A DNA stretch of 63,982 bases, filler included, from Globobulimina sp. (Eukaryota): assembly GCA_003354225.1 (NCBI GenBank). It is 32 parts of 32 records of this genome, joined end to end, with 100 filler letters (N's around TTAATTAATTAA, not from the genome) between each part and the next. Parts side by side here need not be neighbours in the genome. Positions count along the whole stretch, not along the records: positions 48,070 to 49,971 come from PIVH01010753.1; positions 50,072 to 51,973 come from PIVH01010754.1; positions 52,074 to 53,975 come from PIVH01010755.1; positions 54,076 to 55,977 come from PIVH01010756.1; positions 56,078 to 57,979 come from PIVH01010757.1; positions 58,080 to 59,980 come from PIVH01010758.1; positions 60,081 to 61,981 come from PIVH01010759.1; 25 more parts are not named here. One strand, given 5' to 3'. The notes under the pieces are model-generated. The model saw only the letters and a list, made by a program, of their open reading frames with translations. It was not told the origin of the DNA and searched no databases. Positions 48,070-60,795 of the stretch are shown piece after piece (position 1 is the first letter of the stretch; every line of letters starts with the position of its first letter). The position numbers were made by a program, and so were the translations under genes.

Positions 48070-48597
48070 TCGAGCAAGTTTCATCATCATATTTATGAGA
48101 CGATATTGCCGCTGTTATTGATTTCGTTGGTGGCCTATGGCGTGTATTTCAGCAAAGCCTTCCCGATGGTCGAGAGATTAACTGTTGTGGTGACATTATT
48201 GTTGACCTTATTTGCCTTCAAATGGACGGTTTCGAAGTCGATGCCACCGACACCATATTTAACATTAATGGATTATTTTTTTAATTCTGCCTATTTTATG
48301 TTGTTTTTACATATTATCGGGTTATCCTCTTTGTCTTTTTTTGAACATAAAGATGCGGATCTTATACAGTTTCTGAATTGGACGGTTTGTGTGGCAAATT
48401 TCGCCATTTGGATGGTGTTGCATTCGTATTTATTTTATAAATCAAGATATTATTATTCGTTGTATCCAAATAAAGAAGTTGATAATACTTTGGGTGCTGT
48501 GGCCCGAGCTGCACTAAACTCGCCAACCAAAAAAAAACAATCTAAAAAAAGTACTGCCAGCAAATATCAAGTACAGCCAGCTTCACATGAAGCATAA
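48070..48597 (+). CDS. Pentameric ligand-gated ion channel, transmembrane domain M1-M4
   Basis: ILPLLLI (M1), ERLTVVVTLLLT (M2), MPPTPYLTLMD (M2-M3 loop), short M3-M4 loop. Confidence 0.85.
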   Translation, partial: SSKFHHHIYETILPLLLISLVAYGVYFSKAFPMVERLTVVVTLLLTLFAFKWTVSKSMPPTPYLTLMDYFFNSAYFMLFLHIIGLSSLSFFEHKDADLIQFLNWTVCVANFAIWMVLHSYLFYKSRYYYSLYPNKEVDNTLGAVARAALNSPTKKKQSKKSTASKYQVQPASHEA

Positions 48598-49028
48598 TTA
48601 AATGATATTTTCTTTTTATTTTTTTTAATTTATTAAACCATTGTAACTCAATTCAGTTTAATAAATTAATTTGTTATTTAAAAATAATTGCATTTTTTTT
48701 AAATTTATTGCATTGAAATGATTTTTCAACCTTAAAACTTGAGTATAACTTTTTTGCATTACCTCTCCTTAAATACTCTTCTAACTGAACTGTATTAAAT
48801 AGATTATGAATGCAACAATCACTTGTTTTGAAGGAGAAACCAAGCAATCGATGGGTGTAACAAATCAGGATCCCCCCACAGGCTCAACACCACTCCAATA
48901 ACACACAATGTATTTGCTCAGCATTCATCAATAAACAATGCAAAAACATTCAACAACACCGATCAATTTGCCGTTTTTCTTTTCATTGCTGTCAAATTTG
49001 TTATTTTATTTGCAATGATCGCAGCGAA

Positions 49029-49565
49029 TTGGCGCAACATCAAACAAAAACTCATAAATTATCCGTCAATGATGATAAAAAATTATACATCTGTGATTAT
49101 AAAAAATGCAAGAAATCTTATTTGGAATTAAAGCGCTTGAACGAGCACAAAAGAATTCATTTTAAGCCAGAAAAATGCCCATTTGATAAATGTATAAAAT
49201 CGTTTGCGCGAAGATATGATTTAAAGCTTCATATTAAAAGAAAGCATTTAATCGATAATCATTCGAATTCATATAAAGTAGAAAAATGCACATTTTGTGA
49301 TAAAGTGTTTGGTTCTTTATCATCATTGAACAAACATATTAAGTCTATACATTGTGATTGCAATCATCCATTTCTGTGCAGAAAATGTCATAGAAGATTC
49401 GACAGAAAATTCACACTGCAAAGCCATTGGAAAACGCATAAAGCAAAAACTGAAATGAACAGCGCATTTAAATGCAAGCATTGCAGTTCTACTTTTTCAT
49501 TCAAATACAATCTTTCTAAACATATTCGAAAATATCATTTTATTCAATTACAAACATTTTCATAA
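49029..49565 (+). CDS. C2H2 zinc-finger protein (at least 5 fingers)
   Basis: Repeated CxxC-x3-F-x5-L-x2-H-x3/4-H. Confidence 0.9.
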   Translation: MAQHQTKTHKLSVNDDKKLYICDYKKCKKSYLELKRLNEHKRIHFKPEKCPFDKCIKSFARRYDLKLHIKRKHLIDNHSNSYKVEKCTFCDKVFGSLSSLNKHIKSIHCDCNHPFLCRKCHRRFDRKFTLQSHWKTHKAKTEMNSAFKCKHCSSTFSFKYNLSKHIRKYHFIQLQTFS

Positions 49566-50321
49566 TTGCTCATTGCCATTCAATTGGAATTGGAATTAAT
49601 TTTTAAGGATTTCTAATTAGTGCATACGTGTAAAATAAAGCTTTTATATCCATATCATGCATAAATGCAATCTCACTCACATTACAATCTAACTTGACTT
49701 AAATAATAAATATTTACGATATCACTTCAAAAAAGGTTTTGGGAGCAACGAAAATGAAATCCCTGCCAAATGAAATCTTTTTTGAAGTGATTTCGTATAA
49801 AATATTAAATCAATGTGTGTGTTCCGGAGTTCAGTCTGGCCAGGCAGACTCAGAAGAATGTACGCATTTTAATTTTTTTTTGGTCAACTGAAAAACTAAA
49901 ACATCTAATTATTAAATAACATGGCTCGTTGGAGTGCAAATGACGATGAATACATGTGGAGTCATCGAGACNNNNNNNNNNNNNNNNNNNNNNNNNNNNN
50001 NNNNNNNNNNNNNNNTTAATTAATTAANNNNNNNNNNNNNNNNNNNNNNNNNNNNNNNNNNNNNNNNNNNNCATAAGAATATAAACGCAAATAAGTGTGC
50101 TCATCATACTTGTATTAAAGTATTTTCTTTCTCTTCAAGTTCTAATAATTGTTTTAATAATTTCTTTCGATCCAATAGTGATAGCTTGGTTATATCCGGT
50201 ATATCTACAGACAGTTCAGGTCCATTGCCATAAAGTAAGGCTTCCGTTTGATTCTCTGCCATGGTCTAAGAGTTTTCTTTGATAATATTAGTTCGAACAA
50301 GCAACAGTTAACAAATTTAAT

Positions 50322-51573
50322 TTACGTTTTACAGCCAAACACTCTCAAACAACCGATTGACAAATGGCGATTATCATTTTCCCCGTCAATAGAGATTGCA
50401 TTTGTTTTCAAATCCAAATGAATTGTCCTGATTTTATTTTCCTCAAATTTTGGCAAATCCTGCAAAAGTTCCCAGTCGCCATTGTCATCCGTATACCATA
50501 AGGTCGCCCCATTCAAATATTTTGCACCGGTGCTTGGCGGACCAATTTCAATTCGTTGGATACGAACAATTGCATCAAATTTGCATTCAATAAAACATTC
50601 ATCATCTTTCTTTGTCGAACATTTTTCATTTAAATCTTTGCTGATCAGCACATTGTATGTATTGCCACCCTTTTCGCATTGGGATGACATTGCTATTTCA
50701 TATGACAATAAAATAATTCCTTTTGCTCTCTCTTCAATATTAAAAATACCACATCCACTTTCTGGCGCTTGATAATACATCAAAACAGTTATACTCTCAT
50801 CTTTTGATAAAACGTTTTCAGATAAAACTTTGGTGCAAAAAAACCTGCCATCCATCAATCCAAATCTGATCAAATCATACACTGTCTTCATCATTGATAT
50901 TTTATCTCTTTGCATCCTTTTCATCTGCATCTGACATTGCATCTATTTTGTCAATTTTGCTTTGATATTCTGCCCATTTCAACACATGTTTCCATAATAT
51001 CTCTTCTTTAATATGTAAATGATCGCTTTTTAGAATTTGCCGTATTTCCGCTGGTCGCAGTTCCTTGAAACCGCCGCTTTGTAACACCTTGATCATGTCA
51101 ACGGAATCATTTTCCATAAATTCATAGCATTTTTGTATAACTTTGGCTTGGTTTAATCGGACGCATTCATTCAAAAATGTGCACACATTTGTTTCGTTGA
51201 GACATGATACAAAATATTCATCGCACCAATTTAATAGTGTTTCTATTTGGTATTTATCTGCGATTTGATGCAATGATACCACATTATTTTGTGATATTTT
51301 CGGATCGTTACAATATGCGAAATTAATCACACATTCAAATATATTTGCTTCAATATCTGAAATAATAACTTGTGAATTTAGTTTACTTTCTTTCATTTGA
51401 CCAAATAACATTGCCTCAAAGACCGGACTTACTGTTGCCAAAAATGTTCGGTTTATATTGTATTCTTTTCTATCCACACCAATAATAAATGTTGTATCTG
51501 CAAACTTTTCTGTATTCAACACATTTAACAATAATCCACGTTGTTCTGCCTGTTTCGACTCAGCGTACTCCAT
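50322..51573 (-). pseudogene. BTB/POZ-BACK protein with C-terminal galactose-binding-like fold, split by one frameshift near 50905 (pseudogene or sequence error)
   Basis: ADTTFIIG..LATVSPVFEAMLFG, ADKYQI, EEILWKHVLKWA in one frame; the expected continuation LIRFGLM is in another frame with no GT-AG intron between. Confidence 0.7.
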
Positions 51574-52073
51574 TATCTCTAGTAAAGTAAAAGTAACATA
51601 TCATCAAAACTGTTTTGCTTTGGCTTTTAGTCATATTTTTCTTTCCCGCCTCCCATTTCTTAATAGCAACATCAAATCGAGTCATATTTGACATCAGTTC
51701 ACATCAAATTCATTCCAAAAAATTTGCCGGTATCCAAACATTTTTGCATGTTTTATGTTCTCCATTGTCCTATTATGTGTCCTATGTGACGAGCAAGACT
51801 TGCCTCAGTTAATTAATAAATAGCTATCAACCAATCACAAAATCATAATAAGAGAGCATTCGGTGTATTGTTTGAATGTAAAAATAATAATCCATTATAT
51901 AATGATATATCAAAACAAAACAAACAACAGTAAATGGCAATAAATTTGTGTTTGTAGTTTTTGATTTGATCTTNNNNNNNNNNNNNNNNNNNNNNNNNNN
52001 NNNNNNNNNNNNNNNNNTTAATTAATTAANNNNNNNNNNNNNNNNNNNNNNNNNNNNNNNNNNNNNNNNNNNN

Positions 52074-52944
52074 TCGACACTTAAACCTAACATTTTATCC
52101 AATCTGGCACCGGTCGCAACAATGTTTTCTTTTGATTTACCATTTCGTGAATAATAATTCTCTTTTTGTGGGTCACTATCCTCATACAATGGCCGTCTAA
52201 TATATTTTAAGGTGGCCCAATCCATTTTTTTTTTACTCGATCTAGATTTTTGTACATATTTTTTATCATCCTCCACTTTCGTATATTGATACAACTCAAA
52301 TGCACCAACATCACATTTAGGATCCATATAAATATGTACTTCGCAATAACAACCAAGAAAATACGTTGTGGCGCATTTTTTATGTTTCTCTTTATTGCCG
52401 CCTTGCAACTTAAATCTGACCGCCATTTGTTTCGGTTTACTTTTCTTTTTTTCGTTAATATCAAAAATAAGCACATCCTCCTCCTTTAAACCCCACATGT
52501 TTTCACCACGGATATTTGTCTCAATTAATGCAGCGGATATAATGCGGTCATTTAATAAATCGCGATCCACTGCATTTTTTGCATCAAAAACATTGATTTT
52601 TTTTATTTTTTCAATGTCATCCTCTTCAAATCTAATTGCTGACTCTCCTTCGTATGATACATATTCTTTTGTTGCCTCAATTTTTTTAAACAATGATATT
52701 GTTTCACTAAAATCTTTAATCAATTCCATAATGCTATCTTTTGCCAATTTATGTTCCTTGGCGTTCTGCGATAAATAATCTGTATAATTTGTATACATAC
52801 AATAATTTGTATACATTTTACAGTGTATACACACATTTTATGGCACGGATACCAGGCTCAGTTTGATGACTCTTCTTTAAAATAATGGCCCATGTATGGG
52901 CAAGAAACATTGATATAATGTCATCTGTAAATAATGCTTGCGGT
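52074..52944 (-). CDS. Eukaryotic hypothetical protein fragment with an intron (about 52780-52834)
   Basis: GTGTGT...ATACAG intron links IRAIK to YYLSQNAKE; AT-rich; open to contig end. Confidence 0.5.
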
Positions 52945-53528
52945 ATGATACCACCATTTGCCGCAAAACTCACATCAACTTCTATGGATGAATAAACACG
53001 TACTTCATGTCGAGCCGGGTTTACCTGGACTGGATATGTCGTCAGTGAGGCGATATGGAAGTCATGAAGGGATTGGGCATTGCTAACCTCTGCAAGATTG
53101 CCTGGAAGCCATTCATCAACAGCTTCATCAAGTTCACCATACTCTATTTGATCATTTCCAGAGATGAAGGCAGCGTATTCAATATTAGAATATGTTTCAA
53201 ATAGAGCGTTGGTCACTGTAACTGTTACAGTCGCATTCGCAGGAACTCTGAATGTTCCAGACAATCGTGGAACAGCTGGCTGCCCAACATCATTCGATAC
53301 TGACGTACCAGAGTATTCAGCAATCGAACGTGTGCCATTTTCGAGATCTATTGATCTCCAGTTTGGCTCAGGAAGAGAAAGATTTAGACTTAATCCATCT
53401 GCTTTGATTGTCTTTTCGCTAACCAGCAATCGAGCAGCTTCGTTGTTGTTGGATGAATTGAGTGAAGATGAGAAGGCGGTGAGCCAGACACCAAGAAGCA
53501 AGATAATTACAAGGTAAATGCTTTTCAT
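52945..53528 (-). CDS. Bacterial secreted gingipain-like (C25) propeptide domain, truncated
   Basis: AGGGG RBS, signal peptide, GQPAVP...FRVP, W.PG, YPVQVNP..HEVRVYSSIEVDVSF; higher GC than host. Confidence 0.8.
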
Positions 53529-54075
53529 TTTGTTCCCCTTCTGGAATCGATCATGTTCATCAATACAGGTAGCAGATCTATGATCCCTGCCAACATAATT
53601 CAGGGATACACTTTACTTTTTTACGCTATTCATCAGGACAATATTTCTCACCATATGCATGGGACCAGCTTCATATTGGAGGAAGTAGATTACGCTGGAT
53701 AGGTACTTGTAATCGAATGTGACGGTATACCGTCAGGAAGCTCACAATTTATCATAGCTAATTATTGTATCCTAATTAGCTTCCCAATAATTATTCTAGA
53801 AATCTGTTGTTGGTTCTTGTAAAAACGCAGAAGTCATTTACTATCAACATTGAAAATTGGCGTTTCCGTTCAGAACCTCCCATTACATTCTATTGCATAT
53901 TATAATGACTTTAGTACTCCATGGCACCCTCAAGGCACACTCAGCTACAAATAAATACGACTTATGACCTCCAAGNNNNNNNNNNNNNNNNNNNNNNNNN
54001 NNNNNNNNNNNNNNNNNNNTTAATTAATTAANNNNNNNNNNNNNNNNNNNNNNNNNNNNNNNNNNNNNNNNNNNN

Positions 54076-55977
54076 CAGTCTTCAAATCGACAAACTTAGG
54101 AGCAACATACATGTCTTTTAGCATAAATCCTTTGTTTGCTGCTGTTTTTTCAAGATTTTTATGGATTCCATAACATTCTTTGATGCCTTCTCTAATCGGA
54201 TCAACCACCGACTCTTTGTCTTTATAATAATTCCAAGAAAAGTATCGAACCCCATAATTATATAAATTAAAATCTAATTCATCCACTTTTGTGCTAAATG
54301 TGGTGCTAAACCTGTCCGAAGCCATCAATCTGTTGAACCCATCCGCATTGCGAAATGAGTGCCGTTTTGATTGAATAAGTTTGCGAAAACTAATCACCAC
54401 GGAATCACATACACTGAACAGTTGCGAATCATTTTGTTTTTCATCGCTTGTAATTGCGGCCTCTTTCAATGTTAACCTCTCGCAGTCTGATAGTCTCTGT
54501 GCCATATTAATTGAATGGAAATAATAACAATGTATTTTGTCTAATAACTGAAATCTATTTAGATCATGAATATCCGTACAATGATACATTTGAGAAAGTT
54601 TGGTGCGATTTGATTGTGATCTATCACGATAATTACGTCGTAATATGGGACAGTTTGATACTTTACATTCTTTGTCATGGCCTGACAGGTCTGCAACAAA
54701 TATGTCATGTAGTTGTTGAAATTGTGCATCATGATTCATTAATAAATGATAAAAGTCATTCAATAAAGAAACCTGTGTATAAACATCAGTAAAAATATGT
54801 TTCAGCTCATTAGTATGCACAGCATCCTTATTGTTCAGTTTCGCGGCAATTAAATGGTATTTTTTTAATTTCACTCCTAATATTTTTACATGTTTGCATT
54901 TTGGGAGAGAGTCGTTGCATCGCTGATATATCAATGGGACAATGGTTGGCATATAACATCCTAATGGAGAACTTCGTGGTTTATTTGGAAACAATAAATA
55001 AAAAGAATTAAGTGAGGGTCCTTTTGCATATATATATCAATATTAATATTTGAACTGTTGACTTCTGTGTACGTCGATATTTGAAATGAAAAACAAACCT
55101 TTCGGTGGCGATATGTCACATGTTTTTGGATCATATGATGTAACACATATATGACATAAATCAAATCCTGTTTGATGAGTGTTATTTGGAGCACAATGCC
55201 AAAATACTGCTTCTTGTTTAATTGCTTTGCGGCAAATATCACAATTATATCCTGATTTGTCGCCAGAAACAGATAAAGATATTGGATCCATTTTATTCAA
55301 ATATGCACCACAAATACATTGCTTTCCATCTTCTTTTTCATCCGATATTGGTACAACTTAATTGAATTAAAATTTAATATTAAAAAGCAATATGGAGATA
55401 AAATTAAAAGTGAATACCTGAAGGTCTATATAATCTAAACACTGCTCTCAATTTGTCTACATTTTGCGTATTTGAATCATTTAACTGTTTCTGTTCATCA
55501 TTCGATATTTTTGATATTTTTGATTTTGGCACATTGAATTCAATGCCATTTATATGTGTCACCTCTGTGTCGTTTTGATTTGATGCAATATACAAAGCCA
55601 AATACTTGATTTGATTGAAAGTCAATGCTTGTTTTGCTTTGCTTTTTAATTTTATAATCTGACCATTTGCCATTTTTGAGATTGAACATTTAATACTTTT
55701 ATTTGGTTTTGCTTTTTTTATGTCATCGAAGTTTTTGTTTAAATTATTGATTTTATAAACATGTATTTGTTTTGGTGCCGACGAGTCATCATTTTGATTG
55801 GCAATGGCATGGATTGTGATTGATTTCAAAGCAATGAATTGCTTAAATTGTATCAACACAATTAATTCTTCGTCAACGTCTGACAATATATAGGAATTGC
55901 AGTCAAATGTCTCCCTGGATATTAAAGCCTTGTTGGGCATAGTCGATAACTCGCCATCTCTGTTCAGAATAGTGATT
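54076..55977 (-). CDS. Multi-exon protein: PITH domain, ZZ-type zinc finger, lineage-specific helical region
   Basis: ILSDVDEELIVLIQF..LKSITI..APKQI..IASNQ..EVT.I; CDIC...WHC...GFDLCHIC; LLNDFYHLL..C..C..RRNYR..LDKIHCY. Confidence 0.7.
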
Positions 55978-56221
55978 NNNNNNNNNNNNNNNNNNNNNNN
56001 NNNNNNNNNNNNNNNNNNNNNTTAATTAATTAANNNNNNNNNNNNNNNNNNNNNNNNNNNNNNNNNNNNNNNNNNNNAAATATGATTTAATTGCATTATA
56101 TTCAAAGCAATTAACTGATCAACAGACGTTTTTTTAGTTTTACGCGTTAAATCAACGCATTTTTAGTCTGAAACAGAAACTAAAAGAATAACTTATTTTT
56201 TTAGTTCAAACTTTTTCATTG

Positions 56222-56256
56222 GACATAATTATGGAACAAAGTTCCATAATTATGTC
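56222..56256. repeat. Perfect 16-bp inverted repeat with 3-nt loop
   Basis: GACATAATTATGGAAC-AAA-GTTCCATAATTATGTC. Confidence 0.95.
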
Positions 56257-56378
56257 TTGTCCCGCATTTTCGAAACAAAATGATTTTTTTCCGTATCAAA
56301 TTTGTACTTTGCATTACAATCTGTTTTGAGTCAAGTACTTTGTATATACAAGTTATTATTATGTCAAACAACAACTGT

Positions 56379-57522
56379 TCAACGCGAATAGATCCCATCA
56401 TCATCAATTATGTATTTAAAATATCCGACATTATTCATGTAATGAGACACATCAACGTTTCTCAAACTTATCAAAGCGTTATGTAACACTGATAATGGCC
56501 TTGTTCTTGCCAATAAATAATGTCTCTTAATATAGATTTTGACTGTGTTAAAATCCAATTCTATTGGATTTAAATATGGAGCATACGGTGGTAAAAATAA
56601 TACTTTAATTCCGTATGTATCCAGTACTTGTGGCAAATATGGACTGTGATGATAACTTGCGTTGTCTAAAACCAATACAGAATTCGGTGCAGGAAATCTG
56701 TTCATTTGTGGCACCACCTCATCCATAATAAATCTCATAAACTCATCGGCATTGGTATTCTCTGCATATTATATCTGCATTAGCAAAATTTAAATTTATT
56801 TTAATATAAATAATATACCATCCAATATTTTCCATGCCATCATACCATTTACATTTCTTGCAGCTAAAATACCATAGCGATCTCCTTTGGAAAATAAATG
56901 CCGATATCTTGCTCTACATCCTCTACAAACACAATATAATGCAATATAAATACACCAATATTCAGTCAATAAAATACCTTAAACTGCGACCATAATTTCT
57001 ATTTGCAATCCTGTCATGGAAATATGACTCATCTGCGAAAACCAAATGATTTTTGTGGATATTCATAACACCCAATGTTGCATTAAATAATTTTACATCC
57101 ATCAACTTAAAATGATATCCAATTTTTGAAATTTTCTTTCTTGAAAAATGTAATTTTTGTATCATCCGTACAATTGTTGAAATATGATAATATGTTCTGC
57201 AAACAATAGTCATTTCATGTTGTATTTCATCTAAATATAACACGCAATTCCGAGTTATAATTCTTTTCAATTTCAATAAGTGATCCAATGGATATCCACA
57301 TTTTCTGCCAACACTTTTGATATAAGATAGTTCATGTTTTGATGCTAACTGTGTTGTGTTTATCCATCTATTTACATATTTTCTCACTGTTTTTTTGGTA
57401 TAACACAATCTCGCTGCAACCCTTGTAATGCTTTTATGTTTTTTACATCCACGCATATGCCTATAATACATATAAACGTCGACTACCTTTTGCCTAGCTT
57501 TATGAGTTAAAGCAGCGACCAT
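56379..57522 (-). mobile_element. IS630/Tc1-superfamily DD34E transposase with two spliceosomal introns
   Basis: HTH region, YLDEI, VFADES, VLDNASYH, LPPYAPYLNPIE (34 residues between D and E); introns 56923-56977 and 56762-56818 restore a continuous frame. Confidence 0.9.
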
Positions 57523-57721
57523 TATATCAATGAATATGATTTGTAATACTGCAAAAAAATGAACAATTATCCATTATCAATAAAAATCAGAATTATCCAT
57601 AATCAATAAAAAGTGTATAATTACCCATATTTGACGAATCCAATCAATCCATACATTGCAGCAAATTTGACCTCTGGCGACATTGAGGCTATTTCAAAGA
57701 TTCAAACTTTTTCTGTTTTTG

Positions 57722-57850
57722 AACAATTTAACAAAACACTGCGATTTAACAAAAACAAACAATTTAACAAGAAACAATAATTTAACAAAAACAAACAATT
57801 TATCAAGAAACTGCAATTTATCAAGAAACAGCAAATTATCAATTTATCAA
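57722..57850. repeat. 18-bp degenerate minisatellite upstream of the transposase
   Basis: About seven AACAATTT(A)ACAA(A/G)AAAC-like units. Confidence 0.8.
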
Positions 57851-58079
57851 TTTTCACCACTTTTTCCCCAAAAAAAAAGGGTACGTCGTTTCGAAATCCG
57901 TAATATGCAAATTAAGTGGGATACTCCTTTTCTGGGGTATTTGGAGGAGTGTAACTTATGTCCTTGTTTAGTTGAAGAANNNNNNNNNNNNNNNNNNNNN
58001 NNNNNNNNNNNNNNNNNNNNNNNTTAATTAATTAANNNNNNNNNNNNNNNNNNNNNNNNNNNNNNNNNNNNNNNNNNNN

Positions 58080-59905
58080 CAAATATATTCGTTTCTTTCA
58101 CTTAACAATATCGTATGGAAATTACCACAAAATATATCAACAATTTTTACATTCTTTTCCTGTAACTGTTGAAGCGCAACAATTCGTGGTGAAAATAAAT
58201 GTTTTATCCCCCTATCAACACCACAACGGCCATACTTATTGCACCCAAATGTATACGCTCGGCCTTGTTTATCCAAACAACAAACATGATTCATACCACA
58301 TTTCACATTCTGTATTTGTATTTTTGAAGATGCAAACGACGCTATTTTGGCAGGTAAGGCCAACGCTTGATTTTTTTTAGAATTATCACCCAAACCTAAC
58401 TGCCCCATAATATTCTGTCCAAATGAATACAGTGCACCATCAATATCTAAACAAATGGAGAAATTCTGTCCGCAATGAATCTTAAATATATGTTTCAACG
58501 CTGTAATTTGTGTTGCTCCGTCCACACAACCCTTCACTTCTGTGCCTAAGCCACATTGTCCATATTTATTACTGCCACAACTCCAAACCGTCCCATCCGT
58601 TCCATTCAAAAATAAAGTATGTGACTCACCACATCGAACATCGCTAATACTGCCTTTAAAACCAAGCGGAATTTCTAATGGTTCAAATACATAATTTATT
58701 CGATTTACATTTTTTTCTTCATCGCCTGCGTCAAAATAGATATTAATATTCTTTTCTTCATCCAACAAATTAGATTTCTTATGCGTACCGGTATGGCTTT
58801 TATGTTTTTTTCTCTTTCTTTTTTTCACCGCAATCCCGAGCTGGCCACAGGTATTATTTCCAAATCCGTATAACTTGCCACTTTGCGTCATAACGAAAGT
58901 GTGTGTAGCAGCACAACCGGAGCTCACTAACATAATATCTTCGGTAATATGCGTGTTTAATATGGCAGTATCCACCGTCGGTGCAGTCATACCCAAACCC
59001 AATTGTCCTTTGCCATTAATACCGCAGCAATACAACTTTCCGGTTTGTAACAAATAAAATAATGCTTGATAGGAACGGTAAATCTTTTTGATTCTACCAA
59101 AGGAGCTCACGGGTAATGTACGCCATTGACTTATTAATGATTCGTTTTTTAATCCAAACTCACCGCCGTAATTATACCCAATTGCATAGATTTCGACATC
59201 GGAATCGGATATCATATCATCTAAATCATCAATAATTACATCTAATTTATGCTGTTCACGACTGAGTTCGATATTATTTATCTTTGTTTCTAATGTGGTT
59301 ATTTTATCAGTTAATTGTTTGATTGTTTTTGTGCATTGATTTAATTGTTGAGACATGAAAATTAAATGTTGAATATTATATTTGTTGAAATGTAATGGCA
59401 AATCCTTTTGAATCATATTATTGGCATTGCAGCCAATCATTTGTAATGGACATATTACACCAATAAAATCACATTGATGTATATGTATATTATAATTATT
59501 TATACTTCCAATCCATTTGCAATATGCATCGATATCTGCGTCTGATTTTGCATCGGTGTCAGTGCCGTCGGGGATAAATTCTTTTTTTGCGGCTCTGGAA
59601 TTAGGACAATATATTGATAATGTTCCAATTAGATTGTCTAATAATAATGAGGGAGAATTAAAGTTATAATTATCATCTTGCATACAGAATTCGCAGTAAA
59701 TTTCACCTTTGCCATTTGTAAATGCACATTTTTGTTTTGGAACATCGTTACACCTGTCATGTGATGTTGTATTTATAGGATTGTAAAATCTAAACAAGTA
59801 TTTGCTAAACTTGACGCAAACAAATTTTGAAGCAATCTCTCTCTTCACAAAGAGATCAATTTTCCATACATAATCTTGGTTTGATTTTACATCAAGCGTT
59901 GACAT
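58080..59905 (-). CDS. TRAF-type zinc finger + coiled coil + RCC1-repeat protein (3' truncated)
   Basis: CKWIG...HIHQC...VICP...GC...LPLH...HL; repeated G.N..GQLGLG and CG..HT motifs. Confidence 0.88.
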
Positions 59906-60080
59906 TGTTGAATGCGCAGACTTTAAAGGTTTTTAAATTGTTTTTTTAGTATCAAATACACTCTCCTTTAAAAAAAGTTANNNNNNNNNNNNNNNNNNNN
60001 NNNNNNNNNNNNNNNNNNNNNNNNTTAATTAATTAANNNNNNNNNNNNNNNNNNNNNNNNNNNNNNNNNNNNNNNNNNNN

Positions 60081-60408
60081 CCCCCGCCAATTCCCGGAAA
60101 TTTCCCCGCCATTTCCCCGCAATTTCCCGCAATATTCCCGGAAATTTCCCCGCAGTATTCCCGGAAATATCCCCGCCAATTCCCGGAAATTTCCCCGCCA
60201 TTTCCCCGCAATTCCCCGCATTTCCCGGAAATTTCCCCGCAATTTCCCGCAATATTCCCGGAAATATCCCCGCCAATTCCTGGAAAATTCCCCGCAATCT
60301 CCCGCAATATTCCCGGAAATTTCCCCGCAATATCCCCGTCATTTCCCGGAAATATCCCCGCAATATTCCCGGAAATTTCCCCGCCATTTTCCGGAAAATT
60401 CCCCGCAA
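60081..60408. repeat. GC-rich degenerate minisatellite of alternating TTCCCGGAAA and CCCCGC(C/A)A units, open at the contig edge
   Basis: About 30 units of 10-12 bp; strong C-strand bias. Confidence 0.95.
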
Positions 60409-60795
60409 ATGCATCATTTTCACTAGGCTAGCTGACCATGCATTGAATTAAACAGCCAAAATAAATTCATTGTATCATGTACGGTTGAATTAAACCGCCA
60501 AAATAAATTCATACAGACACGAACCGTACCTGGGAGCCATGAAAGGAAGCATGTTTGATGAAAGTTTGAAAAAACCAAAAATGATAACAAAATGAGAACA
60601 AGAAAATGTTTTTGGCTTGCTTACCACTGACAAAGATGAGAATTGGTAAAACTATAAATTTGGCTCGATTAAATCATAAAGAGTTATTTGCGAAAAACAA
60701 GAAATGAGAACAGCTTGTTCTCACTCAGATGTCACATTTGGAGCATTTGTGACATCTCATAATCATATTGTGGATTTAGCAGAGATGTAAGTATA

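Noticed and set aside
57683..58027. 114-aa ORF with NNLTK repeats
   Set aside because: Translation of an 18-bp minisatellite with no other coding evidence
60025..60423. Three overlapping repetitive ORFs; also STAT-like (TTCCCGGAA) and E2F-like (TTTCCCGC) sites
   Set aside because: The ORFs are by-products of a stop-free satellite; the motif matches are expected from the repeat unit and no downstream gene supports them
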